Shown: positions 28,821 to 39,764 of the stretch, in pieces
Layout: every line of letters starts with the position of its first letter
How positions within the stretch are numbered: position 1 is the first letter of the stretch
From: an uncultured Clostridium sp.
GTDB lineage: Bacteria; Bacillota; Clostridia; Oscillospirales; Acutalibacteraceae
Assembly (NCBI GenBank): GCA_964448835.1
Contig: CAYUXK010000004.1
Coordinates: 409-64,408, forward strand
DNA length: 64,000 nucleotides
Direction: 5' to 3'
The notes under the pieces: generated by a model
The model's input: only the letters and a program-made list of their open reading frames with translations
What the model was told of the DNA's origin: nothing
Database searches by the model: none
Made by a program: the position numbers and the translations under genes

Positions 28821-30422
28821 ATGAGCAAAAACGCATATGTGCTTGCCTACGACCTCGGCACAACGGGGGTTAAAACCTGCCTTTTTGATGTGGGCGACAC
28901 AATTAAGCTGATTGGCGCTGAAATGGAGGGCTACGAGCTTTATATTTTGCCCGACGGCGGCGCGGAGCAGGATACCGATGAGTGGTGGAACGCACTCTGC
29001 TTAACCACCCGCAAGCTTTTTGCGAATTGCGGCATCACCCCCGACCAGATTTCCGGCATTTCGTTCTGCTCACAGATGCAGGGAATCGTGCTTGTTGATA
29101 AAAACGGCGTTCCCGTTCACCGCGCTATGAGCTACATGGACCAGCGCGCGAAGGAGCAGCTTAAGAAGGGCATGGCAAACGGCGTTCAGATCGCGGGCGC
29201 AAACATTGCTACGCTGATCCCCTCGCTTATCATAACAGGCGCTGTTGCCGCGAGCGTTAAGGACCCTGTGTGGAAATACAAATGGATTGAAGATAACGAG
29301 CCCGAGAATTTTGCGCGCGCTTACAAATGGCTTGACGCGAAGGAATACATTATTTGCCGAATGACAGATAAATTCATCATGACGCGCGACTCTGCCTTTG
29401 CAACGCTGATCTATGATATTCGTAAAGGCAAAGGCTGCTGGAGCGAAACAATCTGCAAAAAGCTCGGTGTTAACACCGCCCATCTGGCGGATATTATTGA
29501 CTGCACTGATGTTGTCGGCGGCTTAACCGCCAAGGCGGCCGAGGAGCTCGGCCTAAAAGAGGGCACTCCCGTTTACGGCGGCGGCGGCGACGCTTCGCTG
29601 ATAGGCGTTGGCGCGGGCGCTGTTGAAATGGGCGCAACGCATGTATATATGGGCACATCGGGCTGGGTTTCAACCGTAGTTGACAAAAGCGTGGTAGACA
29701 CTTCCGCGATGATTGCCGCAATAGTCGGCGCGCAAAAAGATAAATTCAATTATTTCGCGGAGCTTGAAACGGCCGGCAAGTGCCTTGAGTGGGTTAAGGA
29801 TCATCTCGCGCTTGATGAAATCGATATTTACCTTGAAAAAATTCATGTTGCGCAAAGCAAGGAATCAATATACACAAATCTTTATGATTACCTTTCAAAG
29901 GTTATCAGCGAGGTTCCCGCCGGGAGCGGCGGCGTAATATTTACTCCGTGGCTTCACGGCAACCGCTGCCCGTTCGAAGACCCTAACGCGCGCGGGATGT
30001 TCTTTAATATTAGCCTCGAAAACGGTAAAAATGAGCTTATCCGCTCAGTTATTGAGGGCGTTTGCATGCACCTTCGCTGGTTTCTTGAAACAGAAGAAAA
30101 GAAGGTTAAAACAAGCGAGATTGTCCGCTTTGTCGGCGGCGGCGCGCTGTCGGATGTTACCTGCCAGATTCTCGCGGACTGCATAGGCAGGCCGGTTGAA
30201 ACGGTTGAAAGCCCCCAGAATGTCGGCGCGGTCGGCGCGGCTGTGCTTGTAGCTGTCAATATCGGCAAAATTGACAGTGTCGGCGAAGCGAAAAAGCTTA
30301 TTCCGGCTAAAAAAACCTTCACGCCCAATATAGAGAACAAGGCAATATATGACAAAAATTTTGCCGTCTACAAAACCCTTTATAAGAACAATAAGGATGC
30401 GTTCAAAGCGCTTAACGGTTAA
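28821..30422 (+). CDS. FGGY-family carbohydrate kinase (xylulokinase-like)
   Basis: AYDLGTTGVK, EQD, GGGDA, GTSGW, FTPWLHGNR, VGGGALS. Confidence 0.92.
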   Translation: MSKNAYVLAYDLGTTGVKTCLFDVGDTIKLIGAEMEGYELYILPDGGAEQDTDEWWNALCLTTRKLFANCGITPDQISGISFCSQMQGIVLVDKNGVPVHRAMSYMDQRAKEQLKKGMANGVQIAGANIATLIPSLIITGAVAASVKDPVWKYKWIEDNEPENFARAYKWLDAKEYIICRMTDKFIMTRDSAFATLIYDIRKGKGCWSETICKKLGVNTAHLADIIDCTDVVGGLTAKAAEELGLKEGTPVYGGGGDASLIGVGAGAVEMGATHVYMGTSGWVSTVVDKSVVDTSAMIAAIVGAQKDKFNYFAELETAGKCLEWVKDHLALDEIDIYLEKIHVAQSKESIYTNLYDYLSKVISEVPAGSGGVIFTPWLHGNRCPFEDPNARGMFFNISLENGKNELIRSVIEGVCMHLRWFLETEEKKVKTSEIVRFVGGGALSDVTCQILADCIGRPVETVESPQNVGAVGAAVLVAVNIGKIDSVGEAKKLIPAKKTFTPNIENKAIYDKNFAVYKTLYKNNKDAFKALNG

Positions 30423-30458
30423 TTAGTAATAAACATTAATTTCGAAAGGGAAGTCATT

Positions 30459-31151
30459 ATGAAAAAATATATCTCGCTTTTTTTAGCTGTTATTGTTCTC
30501 AGCGGGGTTCTTACCTCCTGCTCCCATTCGCTAAAGGGCGGCGCGGCGGTAGTTACAGACCTTGCAGGCAAGGGCTACGCGGCCGTTACAAAAGAGGACG
30601 GCGGTATCGAGAGGGATGCCGCAGGCAATGTAATCGTGCTTGAAACCGACGCCGATGGCAAAAATGTTACGGGTGAGAACGGCGAATATGTATCTAACGC
30701 TGTCAGGATTGAGCACGCGATTGTTGTGGGTGACCGCATTGAGGCCAGGTTTTTTTCAATGAAAATCCCCGATGGCTGGAGCGACAAAACGAGCTACTCC
30801 GACCTTATCATCAGCCGTGACGGCACAAAGGACCAGCTGATTGTCAGCTTTTTTGAAGACACTACCCTTGAGGAAAAGACCAAGGAGCGCCTGAAGCTTT
30901 ATGACAGCATTAAAAGCATGTACAGCGCAACCGGCAAATTCAGCGACGGCGAGGTAACAATAAGCGGCCAGAAGGCCACCTTCTATGAGGGCTTTGTTGA
31001 CCCCGAGGGCGAAGAAACCGAGCCTGTTTATGTCTGCTTCTATTTCTTTGAATACGGCGGCATAGTGTATTCGTGCTATATTTCCTCAAACCATGACCTT
31101 ACGGGCACCAAAGATTTTACGAATATTTTAAACACTATTGAATTTATATAA
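30459..31151 (+). CDS. Hypothetical lipoprotein
   Basis: MKK + hydrophobic stretch + VLTSC lipobox; GAAAGGGAAG RBS. Confidence 0.75.
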   Translation: MKKYISLFLAVIVLSGVLTSCSHSLKGGAAVVTDLAGKGYAAVTKEDGGIERDAAGNVIVLETDADGKNVTGENGEYVSNAVRIEHAIVVGDRIEARFFSMKIPDGWSDKTSYSDLIISRDGTKDQLIVSFFEDTTLEEKTKERLKLYDSIKSMYSATGKFSDGEVTISGQKATFYEGFVDPEGEETEPVYVCFYFFEYGGIVYSCYISSNHDLTGTKDFTNILNTIEFI

Positions 31152-31167
31152 AGAAGGGGAAGTTAAA

Positions 31168-32184
31168 ATGTTATTTTCACAGGACATTGGCATTGACCTC
31201 GGAACCGCCAATACGCTGGTGTTTTTGAAGGGCAAGGGCATCGTTATCCGCGAGCCCTCTGTGGTTGCCGTTGACCAAAAAAGTAACCCCCCGCGTGTTG
31301 TTGCCGTGGGTATGGAAGCAAAAGAAATGATTGGCAGAACTCCCGGCTCAATTACCGCCGTTCGTCCGCTTAAGGACGGCGTTATTGCAGATTTTGAGAT
31401 AACAGCCGATATGATAAAGGCGTTTGTCAAGCGCACCGCGAGTCGTTCGCCCTTCGCACGCATCAGGGTGCTTATCTGCATCCCCTCGGGCGTTACCGAG
31501 GTCGAGCGCAAGGCGGTTTATGACGCGGCAAAAAGCGCGGGTGCTAAATATGTGAGCCTTATTGAGGAGCCTATGGCGGCGGCTATCGGCGCAGGGCTTC
31601 CCGTGAGCGAGGCGACAGGCAGTATGGTCGTCGATATCGGCGGCGGCACAAGCGAGGTCGCCGTTATTTCTCTGGGCGATGTTGTTACCGCGAATTCAGC
31701 CAGAGTTGCGGGCGATAACTTTGACGAATCGATAATTTCATATATAAAGAAAAAATATAACCTGCTTATCGGTGAAAGAACAGCAGAGGATATCAAAATT
31801 AAAATCGGCTCCGCCTATCCCTATGAGGGCGAGGGAACGCTCAACATCAAGGGGCGCAACCTTATGGACGGGCTTCCCAAGAATGTTGATGTAACATCGG
31901 AGGAAATTCGCGAGGCGATGGCAGACACGGTTAACCTCATTGTCGACGCGGTTAAATCCACGCTCGAAAAAACCCCTCCCGAGCTTGCGGCGGATATTAT
32001 TGACCACGGCATTATGCTCACGGGCGGCGGCGCGCTGCTGCGCGGGCTTGACAAGCTGATTGCTACCGAAACAAAAATCCCTGTTCTTGTTGCCGAGAAT
32101 CCGCTTGACTGCGTAGTTGACGGCACAGGTATATGCCTTGAGAACGATACGCTCAATGTAATCAGCAACAAAAAATATATCTGA
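31168..32184 (+). CDS. mreB: Rod shape-determining actin homologue
   Basis: [37 protein letters not shown]. Confidence 0.96.
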   Translation: MLFSQDIGIDLGTANTLVFLKGKGIVIREPSVVAVDQKSNPPRVVAVGMEAKEMIGRTPGSITAVRPLKDGVIADFEITADMIKAFVKRTASRSPFARIRVLICIPSGVTEVERKAVYDAAKSAGAKYVSLIEEPMAAAIGAGLPVSEATGSMVVDIGGGTSEVAVISLGDVVTANSARVAGDNFDESIISYIKKKYNLLIGERTAEDIKIKIGSAYPYEGEGTLNIKGRNLMDGLPKNVDVTSEEIREAMADTVNLIVDAVKSTLEKTPPELAADIIDHGIMLTGGGALLRGLDKLIATETKIPVLVAENPLDCVVDGTGICLENDTLNVISNKKYI

Positions 32185-32278
32185 GGCGTTACGGTGAACC
32201 TTGATTAACTGATTTCGAGCTCGCGCTCCGGGCTAATCAGCGTTTTATTAAATCGCCTTTTCGGCAAGGAGTAGACCT

Positions 32279-33151
32279 ATGCGCCGATTTTTTAAGAGTT
32301 CAGCTTTCAAAATATTTGCGGTTGTGGCGGCGGCGCTGCTGGCCGGGTCGGTTTTTGCAACCGCCTCGCGCGGTGGCACCTCGCCGCTTACCGCTTTTAC
32401 AAGCTTTGTCTTCGGGCCGGTTCACCGTTTTTCCGCATATGTGGCGGGCGAGCTCAAGTCCCTGCCCATTTCTTTCCGCTCCTCGTCAACTCTCTCAAAG
32501 GAGCTCGACGAGGCCAACAAGCAGGTGGACACGCTAATGGAGCAGCTTGTTGATTATGAGCAGGCAAAGCAAAAGAACAAGTTTTATCAGCAGTTCCTTG
32601 AGCTGAAAGAGGAGCATGATGATTTTACCTTTGCCGAGGCGGCCGTCGTCGGCAGGGATTCTATGGACAGGCTCGGAACCTTCACGCTAAACCGCGGCAG
32701 CGCTCACGGAATAAGCGTCAATGACCCTGTCATTTACGGCAAATACCTCGTGGGTGTCGTTACAAGCGTTACGCTCATGCAATGCACCGTTGAAACAATT
32801 CTGAACCCCAATGTTAATGTGAGCGCCTATGAGGTGAGAACCCGCGGGCTCGGCTTCGTGACCACAACAGTGGAGCTTTCACAGGAGGAGCTTTGCCAGA
32901 TGCCGGGGCTTCCCAACTCCACCGCGGTCACCGCGGGCGGCGTTGTTTGCTCTTCGGGTGTCGGCGGAATTTACCCGCGCGACCTGATAATAGGTACGAT
33001 TGTTGATGTTGTTGACGGGACCGTTGACATTTCGGCGAGCGCGATTATTAAGCCGGGCGCCGATATATCGGAGATTACCGATGTTTTCATCATCACAAAC
33101 TTCCTCGGGCAGACAAGCGCGGGAACAGGTGAACAAAATGACGACAATTGA
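32279..33151 (+). CDS. mreC: Rod shape-determining protein MreC
   Basis: N-terminal TM, coiled coil, LNRGSAHGI, SGVGGIYP; follows mreB. Confidence 0.92.
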   Translation: MRRFFKSSAFKIFAVVAAALLAGSVFATASRGGTSPLTAFTSFVFGPVHRFSAYVAGELKSLPISFRSSSTLSKELDEANKQVDTLMEQLVDYEQAKQKNKFYQQFLELKEEHDDFTFAEAAVVGRDSMDRLGTFTLNRGSAHGISVNDPVIYGKYLVGVVTSVTLMQCTVETILNPNVNVSAYEVRTRGLGFVTTTVELSQEELCQMPGLPNSTAVTAGGVVCSSGVGGIYPRDLIIGTIVDVVDGTVDISASAIIKPGADISEITDVFIITNFLGQTSAGTGEQNDDN

Positions 33152-33659
33152 GAAACCGCTTAAGAACACAATTGCCCGCAGGGCGTCTTACGCCCTGCTA
33201 CTGTTTATTATGTCGGTTTTGCAAAACACAGACGGCTTTTTCCCCTCTGTCTTTGGCGTGCGCGCGCTGCTGCTGATTCCCGCGGTGGTGTGCATAGCGA
33301 TGAATGAGCGTGATATCCCGGGGATGTGCCTGGGGCTTTTCGCGGGCTCGCTGTGGGATATTTCCGCATCAGGTAACAATTTTAACGCGCTGTTTTTACT
33401 TGCCGTCGGGTTTTTATGCGGCACGCTGATTAATACAGTTATGCGCAACAACATTGTAACCGCTTCGCTTTTGAGCTTAGCGGCGTTACTGATCTATAAC
33501 CTGGGCTACTGGTTTTTCCAATATGTTCTGCATTCGTATGACTCTGCGCTCCGGGTGCTTTGGCGGTATTATTTGCCCGGAGTTTTGTATTCACTTGCCC
33601 TTGTGCCGTTTATGTTTTTCGGCATCAGAGCAATCGAAAGAGCATTCAGAGAGGAATAA
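33138..33659 (+). CDS. mreD: Rod shape-determining protein MreD
   Basis: Multi-TM protein with GLFAGSLWD; follows mreC. Confidence 0.85.
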   Translation: MTTIEKPLKNTIARRASYALLLFIMSVLQNTDGFFPSVFGVRALLLIPAVVCIAMNERDIPGMCLGLFAGSLWDISASGNNFNALFLLAVGFLCGTLINTVMRNNIVTASLLSLAALLIYNLGYWFFQYVLHSYDSALRVLWRYYLPGVLYSLALVPFMFFGIRAIERAFREE

Positions 33660-33691
33660 TCCAATCAAAAATACAGGGAGGAGGAGCTTTA

Positions 33692-35743
33692 ATGTCAAAA
33701 AAGCTGTCAAAGGCGCGCAGGACAACGGCAATTTGCGTTGTTCTGGGTTGTTTTTTTATCTTTTGCTGCGGACTGGTTAAAATTCAGTTAATTGACGGCG
33801 ATACCTATGCTGCCGCGAGCTCCTCTGTTTCCGAAAATACTATTTCCATCCCCGCGGCAAGGGGCGGAATCGTTGACCGAAACGGCGACCCGCTGATTAT
33901 CAACCGCCAAGGGTATTCAATTGTTTTTGACGCGACCTATTTCCCGCCCTCATCACAGGCGGCGGTACGAAACAACATTATCGACAGCCTCATTACGCTT
34001 TTTGAGCAGCGTAAGGAGCCGTGGCTTGACAATCTGCCCCTTGAGTTTGACGGCAAGGGAGTAATCAAATTTAAGGCCGACTGCGAAAGCGAAATCAAAA
34101 CCATGAAAAGCGCTGATTTACTTGACCTTAACGAATACGCCGCCGCGTCGAACTGCTACGATGCGCTTATTTCGAGGTATTCCCTTGAGAGCTACGCTCC
34201 GGCTAAGGCTATTAAAATAGCCTCTGTTCGTTATTCGATGGAGCGAAACGCCTTCAGAATAAGCAACCCCTACACCTTCGCTCAGGATGTATCGGATGAA
34301 ACCGTGGCGCTGATTAAAGAAAACAGCAGCTTCTATAAGGGCGTTGATGTAGCCGTTGTGCCTTACCGAGAGTATATTGACGGCACGCTCGCGCCCCATG
34401 TGCTTGGCAGAGTCGGCGCGATTGACGCCGAGGAATACGCCAAGCTCAAAAGCTCCGGATATAAAATTACCGACGAAATCGGCAAAAGCGGCATTGAATC
34501 CGCCATGGAAGAGTATTTGAGAGGCAAAAGCGGGGTAAAAACCGTTTACACCGATGCCGAGGGCAAAAAATCAACTGCCGTCACGACCGAGCCTGAGCAG
34601 GGCAACACCGTTGTGCTCACCATTGACGCGGGGCTTCAGGAGGTTACGCAAAACGCTCTGCAAAGCGCGATTGAAACCTACGCCGGGCTAAAGGGCAATC
34701 TGGTGGATAACGCGGGCGCGGCTGTTGTGCTCGATTGCCGCACAGGTGAAATCCTCGCCTCGGCGAGTTACCCGTCATATGATATCTCAACTTATAAAGA
34801 AAACGCCGCCGCGCTTAACAGCGCCCCCGCCGCTCCGCTTTGGAACAGGGCGCTTATGAGCACCTACGCGACCGGCTCTACAATGAAACCCTCGGTGGCA
34901 ATCGCCGCTCTCGAGGAGGGCGTTATTACAGAGGAAACAACCTTCTATTGCACGGGAATTTACAACTATCTCGGGCAGAAGTTCAAATGTGAGCAATCAC
35001 ATGTAAGACAAAATGTCAATGTTGTTAACGCGATTAATGAATCCTGCAACATTTTCTTCTACGAGGTCAGCAGACTCCTCGGCATTGAAAAAATGAATGA
35101 TTACCGTGTAAGGCTCGGCTTCGGGCAAAAAACAGGCTGCGAGCTTTCGGAGGCCGACGGTGTGCTTGACAGCCCGGAATACCGTGAATCCCTCGGGCAG
35201 GAATGGCTGCCGGGCTACACGATTCAGTCGGCAATCGGTCAGGCGGGCAATCTTGTTTCGCCGATTCAGCTCGCGAACTACTGCGCCACGATAGCAAACG
35301 GCGGCACAAGGTATTACACTCACTTTGTGAAAGCGGTTAAGAGCTATGATTATTCAGAAACCTTGATAGAGAAGGAACCGACTGTCGCTTATGAAACAGG
35401 AATTTCGGCTAAAACGCTCGATATAGTTAAGCGCGGTATGCTTGCCGTGGTCACAACGGGCTACCTCGAGTCGGCTTTCGCCGACCTGCCCGTTACGGCG
35501 GCGGCAAAAACCGGCACATCTCAGGAATACAGGGTGCTTGAGGGCCAATCGGTAAAAATCAACAACGGCTTCCTTATCGCCTTCGCGCCTTACGATAACC
35601 CCGAAATCGCAATCGCAATCGCGGGCGAAGGCATGGGCAGCGGCAGCTTTGCTGGCCCTGCCGCGGCAAAAATAATTGATTACTGTTTTTCGGGAACCGA
35701 TGAAGCGGATAAGCCGCAGCCGGTAAACGAATTACTCAGCTGA
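33692..35743 (+). CDS. mrdA: Class B penicillin-binding protein (PBP2/MrdA-like)
   Basis: AARGGIVDRNG; SxxK (GSTMK), SCN and KTGT transpeptidase motifs. Confidence 0.88.
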   Translation: MSKKLSKARRTTAICVVLGCFFIFCCGLVKIQLIDGDTYAAASSSVSENTISIPAARGGIVDRNGDPLIINRQGYSIVFDATYFPPSSQAAVRNNIIDSLITLFEQRKEPWLDNLPLEFDGKGVIKFKADCESEIKTMKSADLLDLNEYAAASNCYDALISRYSLESYAPAKAIKIASVRYSMERNAFRISNPYTFAQDVSDETVALIKENSSFYKGVDVAVVPYREYIDGTLAPHVLGRVGAIDAEEYAKLKSSGYKITDEIGKSGIESAMEEYLRGKSGVKTVYTDAEGKKSTAVTTEPEQGNTVVLTIDAGLQEVTQNALQSAIETYAGLKGNLVDNAGAAVVLDCRTGEILASASYPSYDISTYKENAAALNSAPAAPLWNRALMSTYATGSTMKPSVAIAALEEGVITEETTFYCTGIYNYLGQKFKCEQSHVRQNVNVVNAINESCNIFFYEVSRLLGIEKMNDYRVRLGFGQKTGCELSEADGVLDSPEYRESLGQEWLPGYTIQSAIGQAGNLVSPIQLANYCATIANGGTRYYTHFVKAVKSYDYSETLIEKEPTVAYETGISAKTLDIVKRGMLAVVTTGYLESAFADLPVTAAAKTGTSQEYRVLEGQSVKINNGFLIAFAPYDNPEIAIAIAGEGMGSGSFAGPAAAKIIDYCFSGTDEADKPQPVNELLS

Positions 35744-35760
35744 AAAGAGGAACGGTTAAT

Positions 35761-36486
35761 ATGGCAAAAATTATAGCTGTTGCCTCGGGCAAGGGCGGTG
35801 TCGGGAAGTCCTCCGTTACAGCGGGGGTTGGGCTTTCGCTTGCAAAGAACGGCTTTAAAACCCTTGTGCTTGACTTTGATATCGGCCTGAGGAGCCTGGA
35901 TGTTATGCTTGATGTGAGCGAAATGATAATATTTGACTGGGGCGATTTGCTGCTTGACCGCTGCTCGGCGGAGCAGGCAATCGTTGATTGCGACGGCCTT
36001 AGCTTTCTTGCCGCGCCTCAGAACTTTGCCGAGGAATTCACAGCTCAGGCGGTAACCGAGATGGTGCAAAAGCTCGCGCAAAATTACGACTATGTTTTGA
36101 TTGACGCTCCTGCGGGCGTTTCGGGCGGATTTTCCCTCGCCTGCCTTGCGGCTGAGCAGGTTTTGCTTGTCACAACGCCCGATAATGTCTGCCTTCGCAC
36201 CTGCTCATATACTGCCAAGATACTCAGAAGCATGGGCGTCAAGGACATCCGCCTTATAATCAACCGCTTTGCCTCTCGTCCTGTGTGCAAGGGCAAGCTG
36301 CTTAATATTGACGACTGTATCGATATTTCGACCGTTCAGCTCTTTGGCATTGTGCCCGAGGATTCACAGATTGTTTACTCCTCTGTCTTGGCTCGCCGCC
36401 CCGAGGAGTATTCACCCTCCGCCTCGGCGTATGAGCGCATTGCCGCAAGGATAGCCGGTAGGCGAATACCGCTGGTGGTGGAATAA
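35761..36486 (+). CDS. minD: MinD-family ATPase
   Basis: SGKGGVGKS, DFDIGLRSLD, LIDAPAG; follows the PBP gene. Confidence 0.8.
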   Translation: MAKIIAVASGKGGVGKSSVTAGVGLSLAKNGFKTLVLDFDIGLRSLDVMLDVSEMIIFDWGDLLLDRCSAEQAIVDCDGLSFLAAPQNFAEEFTAQAVTEMVQKLAQNYDYVLIDAPAGVSGGFSLACLAAEQVLLVTTPDNVCLRTCSYTAKILRSMGVKDIRLIINRFASRPVCKGKLLNIDDCIDISTVQLFGIVPEDSQIVYSSVLARRPEEYSPSASAYERIAARIAGRRIPLVVE

Positions 36487-36497
36487 AGGAGAGAATT

Positions 36498-37868
36498 ATG
36501 ACTGAAATCTTAACCGTTGCCGCCATCGCGACCCCCGCGGCTCCGGGCGGAATCGGAATAATCAGAATTTCGGGCTCGGATGCGCTGAATGTCGCGGGTA
36601 AGATTTTTCGCCCCGCGGCGGGCGGCAGTATTGAAAGCAGTCGCGGCTACAGGGCGCATTTCGGGCATATTTACGATAATAACGAGCGTATTGACGAGGC
36701 GGTTTGCCTCGTTTTTCGCGCTCCGCACAGCTATACGGGCGAGAATGTTGCCGAAATCAGCTGCCACGGCGGTCTGTATGTTACTCAGCGTGTGCTTCGC
36801 GCGGCATTAAACGCGGGCGCTCAGGCGGCAGGCCCGGGGGAATTCACTAAGCGCGCGTTTCTAAACGGCAAAATCGACCTTGCGGGCAGCGAGGCGGTTA
36901 TGGCGCTTATCTCCGCGAGCGGCAAGCGCGCCGCCGACGCCGCGCTCAACACCCTTGAGGGCAAGCTGAGCGATGAAATTCGCCGCTGCGCTGACAGTAT
37001 AATCGGCGTTTGCGCCGCCCTGAGCGCGTGGGTTGATTACCCCGATGACGAAACGCCCGAAACGGGCGCTGACGAAATGCGGGCTGTCTTTACCGCGGCG
37101 CTTGATACACTCAAAGGTCTTGTGCGCCGCTTTGATTGCGGGCGCGTATTAACCGAAGGCGTTGACGCTGTTATTGTAGGCAGACCGAATGTCGGCAAAT
37201 CAACGCTTATGAATATGCTCACCGGCTTTGATCGCTCAATCGTTACGCCGCTCGCGGGCACCACGCGCGATGTGGTGGAGGAAAAGGTGCGTGTGGGCGA
37301 AATAATACTGAGAATTGCAGACACAGCGGGAATCCGTGAAACGGATAACCCGATTGAGAATATCGGAGTTTCGCTCGCAAAAAAGCGCCTTGAGCGCGCC
37401 GAAATCGTGCTCGCCGTTTTTGACGGGGCTGCTCCCCTGTCCGAGGATGACATTGAGATTCTAAAGGCCTGCCAAAGTAAGCTCACTGTGGCAATCATTA
37501 ATAAAACTGACCTGCCGCGAGAGGCTGATATAGATATAATCCGGCAAAGCGCCGGCGAAACAGTGGAGCTTTGCGCCGCTGACGGTCAGGGCGCCGAGGA
37601 GCTTGAGCGGGCGATAACGCGCCTTCTTTCCGCTTCTGAATTTGACCCAGATGCCGCCTGCCTGACGGGCGAAAGACAGCGCGCGTGCTGCTGCGAGGCA
37701 ATCGGGCATCTCGAGCAGGCGCTCAGCGCTTTAAACGAGGGCGTCACCGTTGACGCGGTGAATGTGTGCGCGGACTGCGCGGTGGAGGCTTTACTTGAGC
37801 TTACGGGCGAGAAGGCAAGCAGCGCGGTTGTTAACGAAATTTTTTCACGCTTTTGCGTTGGCAAATAA
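36498..37868 (+). CDS. mnmE: tRNA modification GTPase
   Basis: PHSYTGE, GEFTKRAFLNGK, GRPNVGKS, DTAG, terminal FCVGK. Confidence 0.97.
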   Translation: MTEILTVAAIATPAAPGGIGIIRISGSDALNVAGKIFRPAAGGSIESSRGYRAHFGHIYDNNERIDEAVCLVFRAPHSYTGENVAEISCHGGLYVTQRVLRAALNAGAQAAGPGEFTKRAFLNGKIDLAGSEAVMALISASGKRAADAALNTLEGKLSDEIRRCADSIIGVCAALSAWVDYPDDETPETGADEMRAVFTAALDTLKGLVRRFDCGRVLTEGVDAVIVGRPNVGKSTLMNMLTGFDRSIVTPLAGTTRDVVEEKVRVGEIILRIADTAGIRETDNPIENIGVSLAKKRLERAEIVLAVFDGAAPLSEDDIEILKACQSKLTVAIINKTDLPREADIDIIRQSAGETVELCAADGQGAEELERAITRLLSASEFDPDAACLTGERQRACCCEAIGHLEQALSALNEGVTVDAVNVCADCAVEALLELTGEKASSAVVNEIFSRFCVGK

Positions 37869-37886
37869 GGAGAAAGCTTAAAGATT

Positions 37887-39764
37887 ATGAAATACAGCGC
37901 TGAAAAATTTGATGTGGCCGTTATCGGCGCAGGGCACGCGGGGATTGAGGCGGGTCTTGCCTCGGCGCGCCTTGGGTGCAAAACAGCGGTTTTTACCATC
38001 AACCTTGACTGGGTTGGCAATATGGCGTGCAACCCTTCAATCGGCGGCACATCCAAGGGACACCTGACGCGTGAAATTGACGCGCTTGGCGGCGAGATGG
38101 GAATCGCGGCGGATAAGAACACACTGCAAAGCCGTATTCTCAACCTCGGCAAAGGTCCCGCGGTTCAAAGCCTGAGGGCGCAAATTGACCGCCGCGCCTA
38201 TTCGGAGCTCATGAAAAACACTCTTGAGAAGCAGCCGAACCTTTTTCTCAGACAGGTTGAAATTGTCGACCTCGAGCGGGGCGACGGCGAGTGGTTGCTC
38301 ACCACCAAGCTTGAGGCTGTGTTCAGCGCGAAATGCGTTGTTATCGCCACGGGAACCTTCCTTGCGGGGCGGGTGTATGTCGGCGATATTTCATATGAAA
38401 GCGGTCCCGACGGAATGTTCCCCGCTAACGAGCTTGCCGCCGCCTTGAAAAGGCTCGGCGCTCAGACACGTCGGTTTAAAACGGGCACGCCGCCGAGAGT
38501 TAACCGCCGCAGCGTTGATACCTCTAAAATGGAAATACAATACGGTGACGAGCAGACCACACCGTTTTCATTTACAACCGAATTTCCGATTGAGAATAAA
38601 GAGGTTTGCTACATTACCTACACGGGTGATGAAACAAAGCAGACCATTTTGGACGATCTGCATCGCTCCCCTCTTTATTCAGGCAAAATCAGCGGTGTCG
38701 GGCCGCGCTACTGCCCGAGCATTGAAGATAAGATGGTACGGTTTCCGGAAAAAGAGCGCCACCAGATATTTGTTGAGCCGTGCGGCGCAAAAACGGACGA
38801 GCTGTATTTGCAGGGGCTGTCCTCTTCACTGCCCGAGGATGTTCAGAAGAAAATCCTGCAAAGCATACCCGGGCTTGAGAATTGCGAGGTTATGCGCACG
38901 GCGTACGCAATTGAGTACGACTGTGTTGACCCCCTATCGCTCAGGCAGTCGCTTGAATTCGCTGACCTTGACGGACTTTTCGGCGCCGGTCAGTTCAATG
39001 GCTCAAGCGGTTATGAAGAAGCCGCTGCCCAGGGAATTGTGGCGGGAATCAATGCCGCGCGCAAGGCACAGGGCAAGCCGGCTGTCATTTTTGACCGCGG
39101 AAGCTCGTATATCGGCACGCTTATCGACGACCTTGTTACCAAGGGCTGCTCCGACCCGTACAGGATGATGACCTCGCGCTCGGAGTACCGTCTGGTTTTA
39201 AGGCAGGATAATGCCGACCGCCGCCTGACGGAAATCGGGCATGAAATCGGGCTCATCGATGAAGATAGATATAATGGTTTTAAATTAAAGCTTGAGCTCA
39301 TTGAGCGTGAACGCGAGCGAGTGGAAAATACTTCCATACCGCTGACCGGGGCGCTCAACGATATGATTGTTTCACGTGGAACATCAGAGCTTGAGCGAGG
39401 GGTGAAGCTTGCGGAGCTCTTGCGCAGACCTCAGCTTAATTATGAGTGTCTTACTCCGTTTGACAAAACGCGGCCTCCCCTGCCCCGTGAAATTTTTGAG
39501 CAGGTTGAAACGGATATTAAATATGAGGGATATATTAAGCGGCAAAAGCAGCAGATAAACGAAATGCGCCGCCTTGAAGTTAAAAAGCTGCCTCATTCGC
39601 TGGATTATTCGCTCATTAAAGGCATAAGACTTGAAGCTGTCGAAAAATTATCCAAGATTAGACCCGAAAATGTCGGTCAGGCCTCGCGCATATCTGGCGT
39701 CAGCCCCGCCGATATATCCGTTTTGCTCATATACCTTGAAAGGAACAAAATTAATGGTGATTGA
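37887..39764 (+). CDS. mnmG: tRNA uridine-5-carboxymethylaminomethyl modification enzyme
   Basis: GAGHAG, CNPSIGG, GPRYCPSIEDK, GQFNGSSGYEEAAAQG. Confidence 0.97.
   Translation: MKYSAEKFDVAVIGAGHAGIEAGLASARLGCKTAVFTINLDWVGNMACNPSIGGTSKGHLTREIDALGGEMGIAADKNTLQSRILNLGKGPAVQSLRAQIDRRAYSELMKNTLEKQPNLFLRQVEIVDLERGDGEWLLTTKLEAVFSAKCVVIATGTFLAGRVYVGDISYESGPDGMFPANELAAALKRLGAQTRRFKTGTPPRVNRRSVDTSKMEIQYGDEQTTPFSFTTEFPIENKEVCYITYTGDETKQTILDDLHRSPLYSGKISGVGPRYCPSIEDKMVRFPEKERHQIFVEPCGAKTDELYLQGLSSSLPEDVQKKILQSIPGLENCEVMRTAYAIEYDCVDPLSLRQSLEFADLDGLFGAGQFNGSSGYEEAAAQGIVAGINAARKAQGKPAVIFDRGSSYIGTLIDDLVTKGCSDPYRMMTSRSEYRLVLRQDNADRRLTEIGHEIGLIDEDRYNGFKLKLELIERERERVENTSIPLTGALNDMIVSRGTSELERGVKLAELLRRPQLNYECLTPFDKTRPPLPREIFEQVETDIKYEGYIKRQKQQINEMRRLEVKKLPHSLDYSLIKGIRLEAVEKLSKIRPENVGQASRISGVSPADISVLLIYLERNKINGD
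39368..39383. promoter_or_regulatory. parS site inside mnmG
   Basis: TGTTTCACGTGGAACA matches the bacterial parS consensus. Confidence 0.9.
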
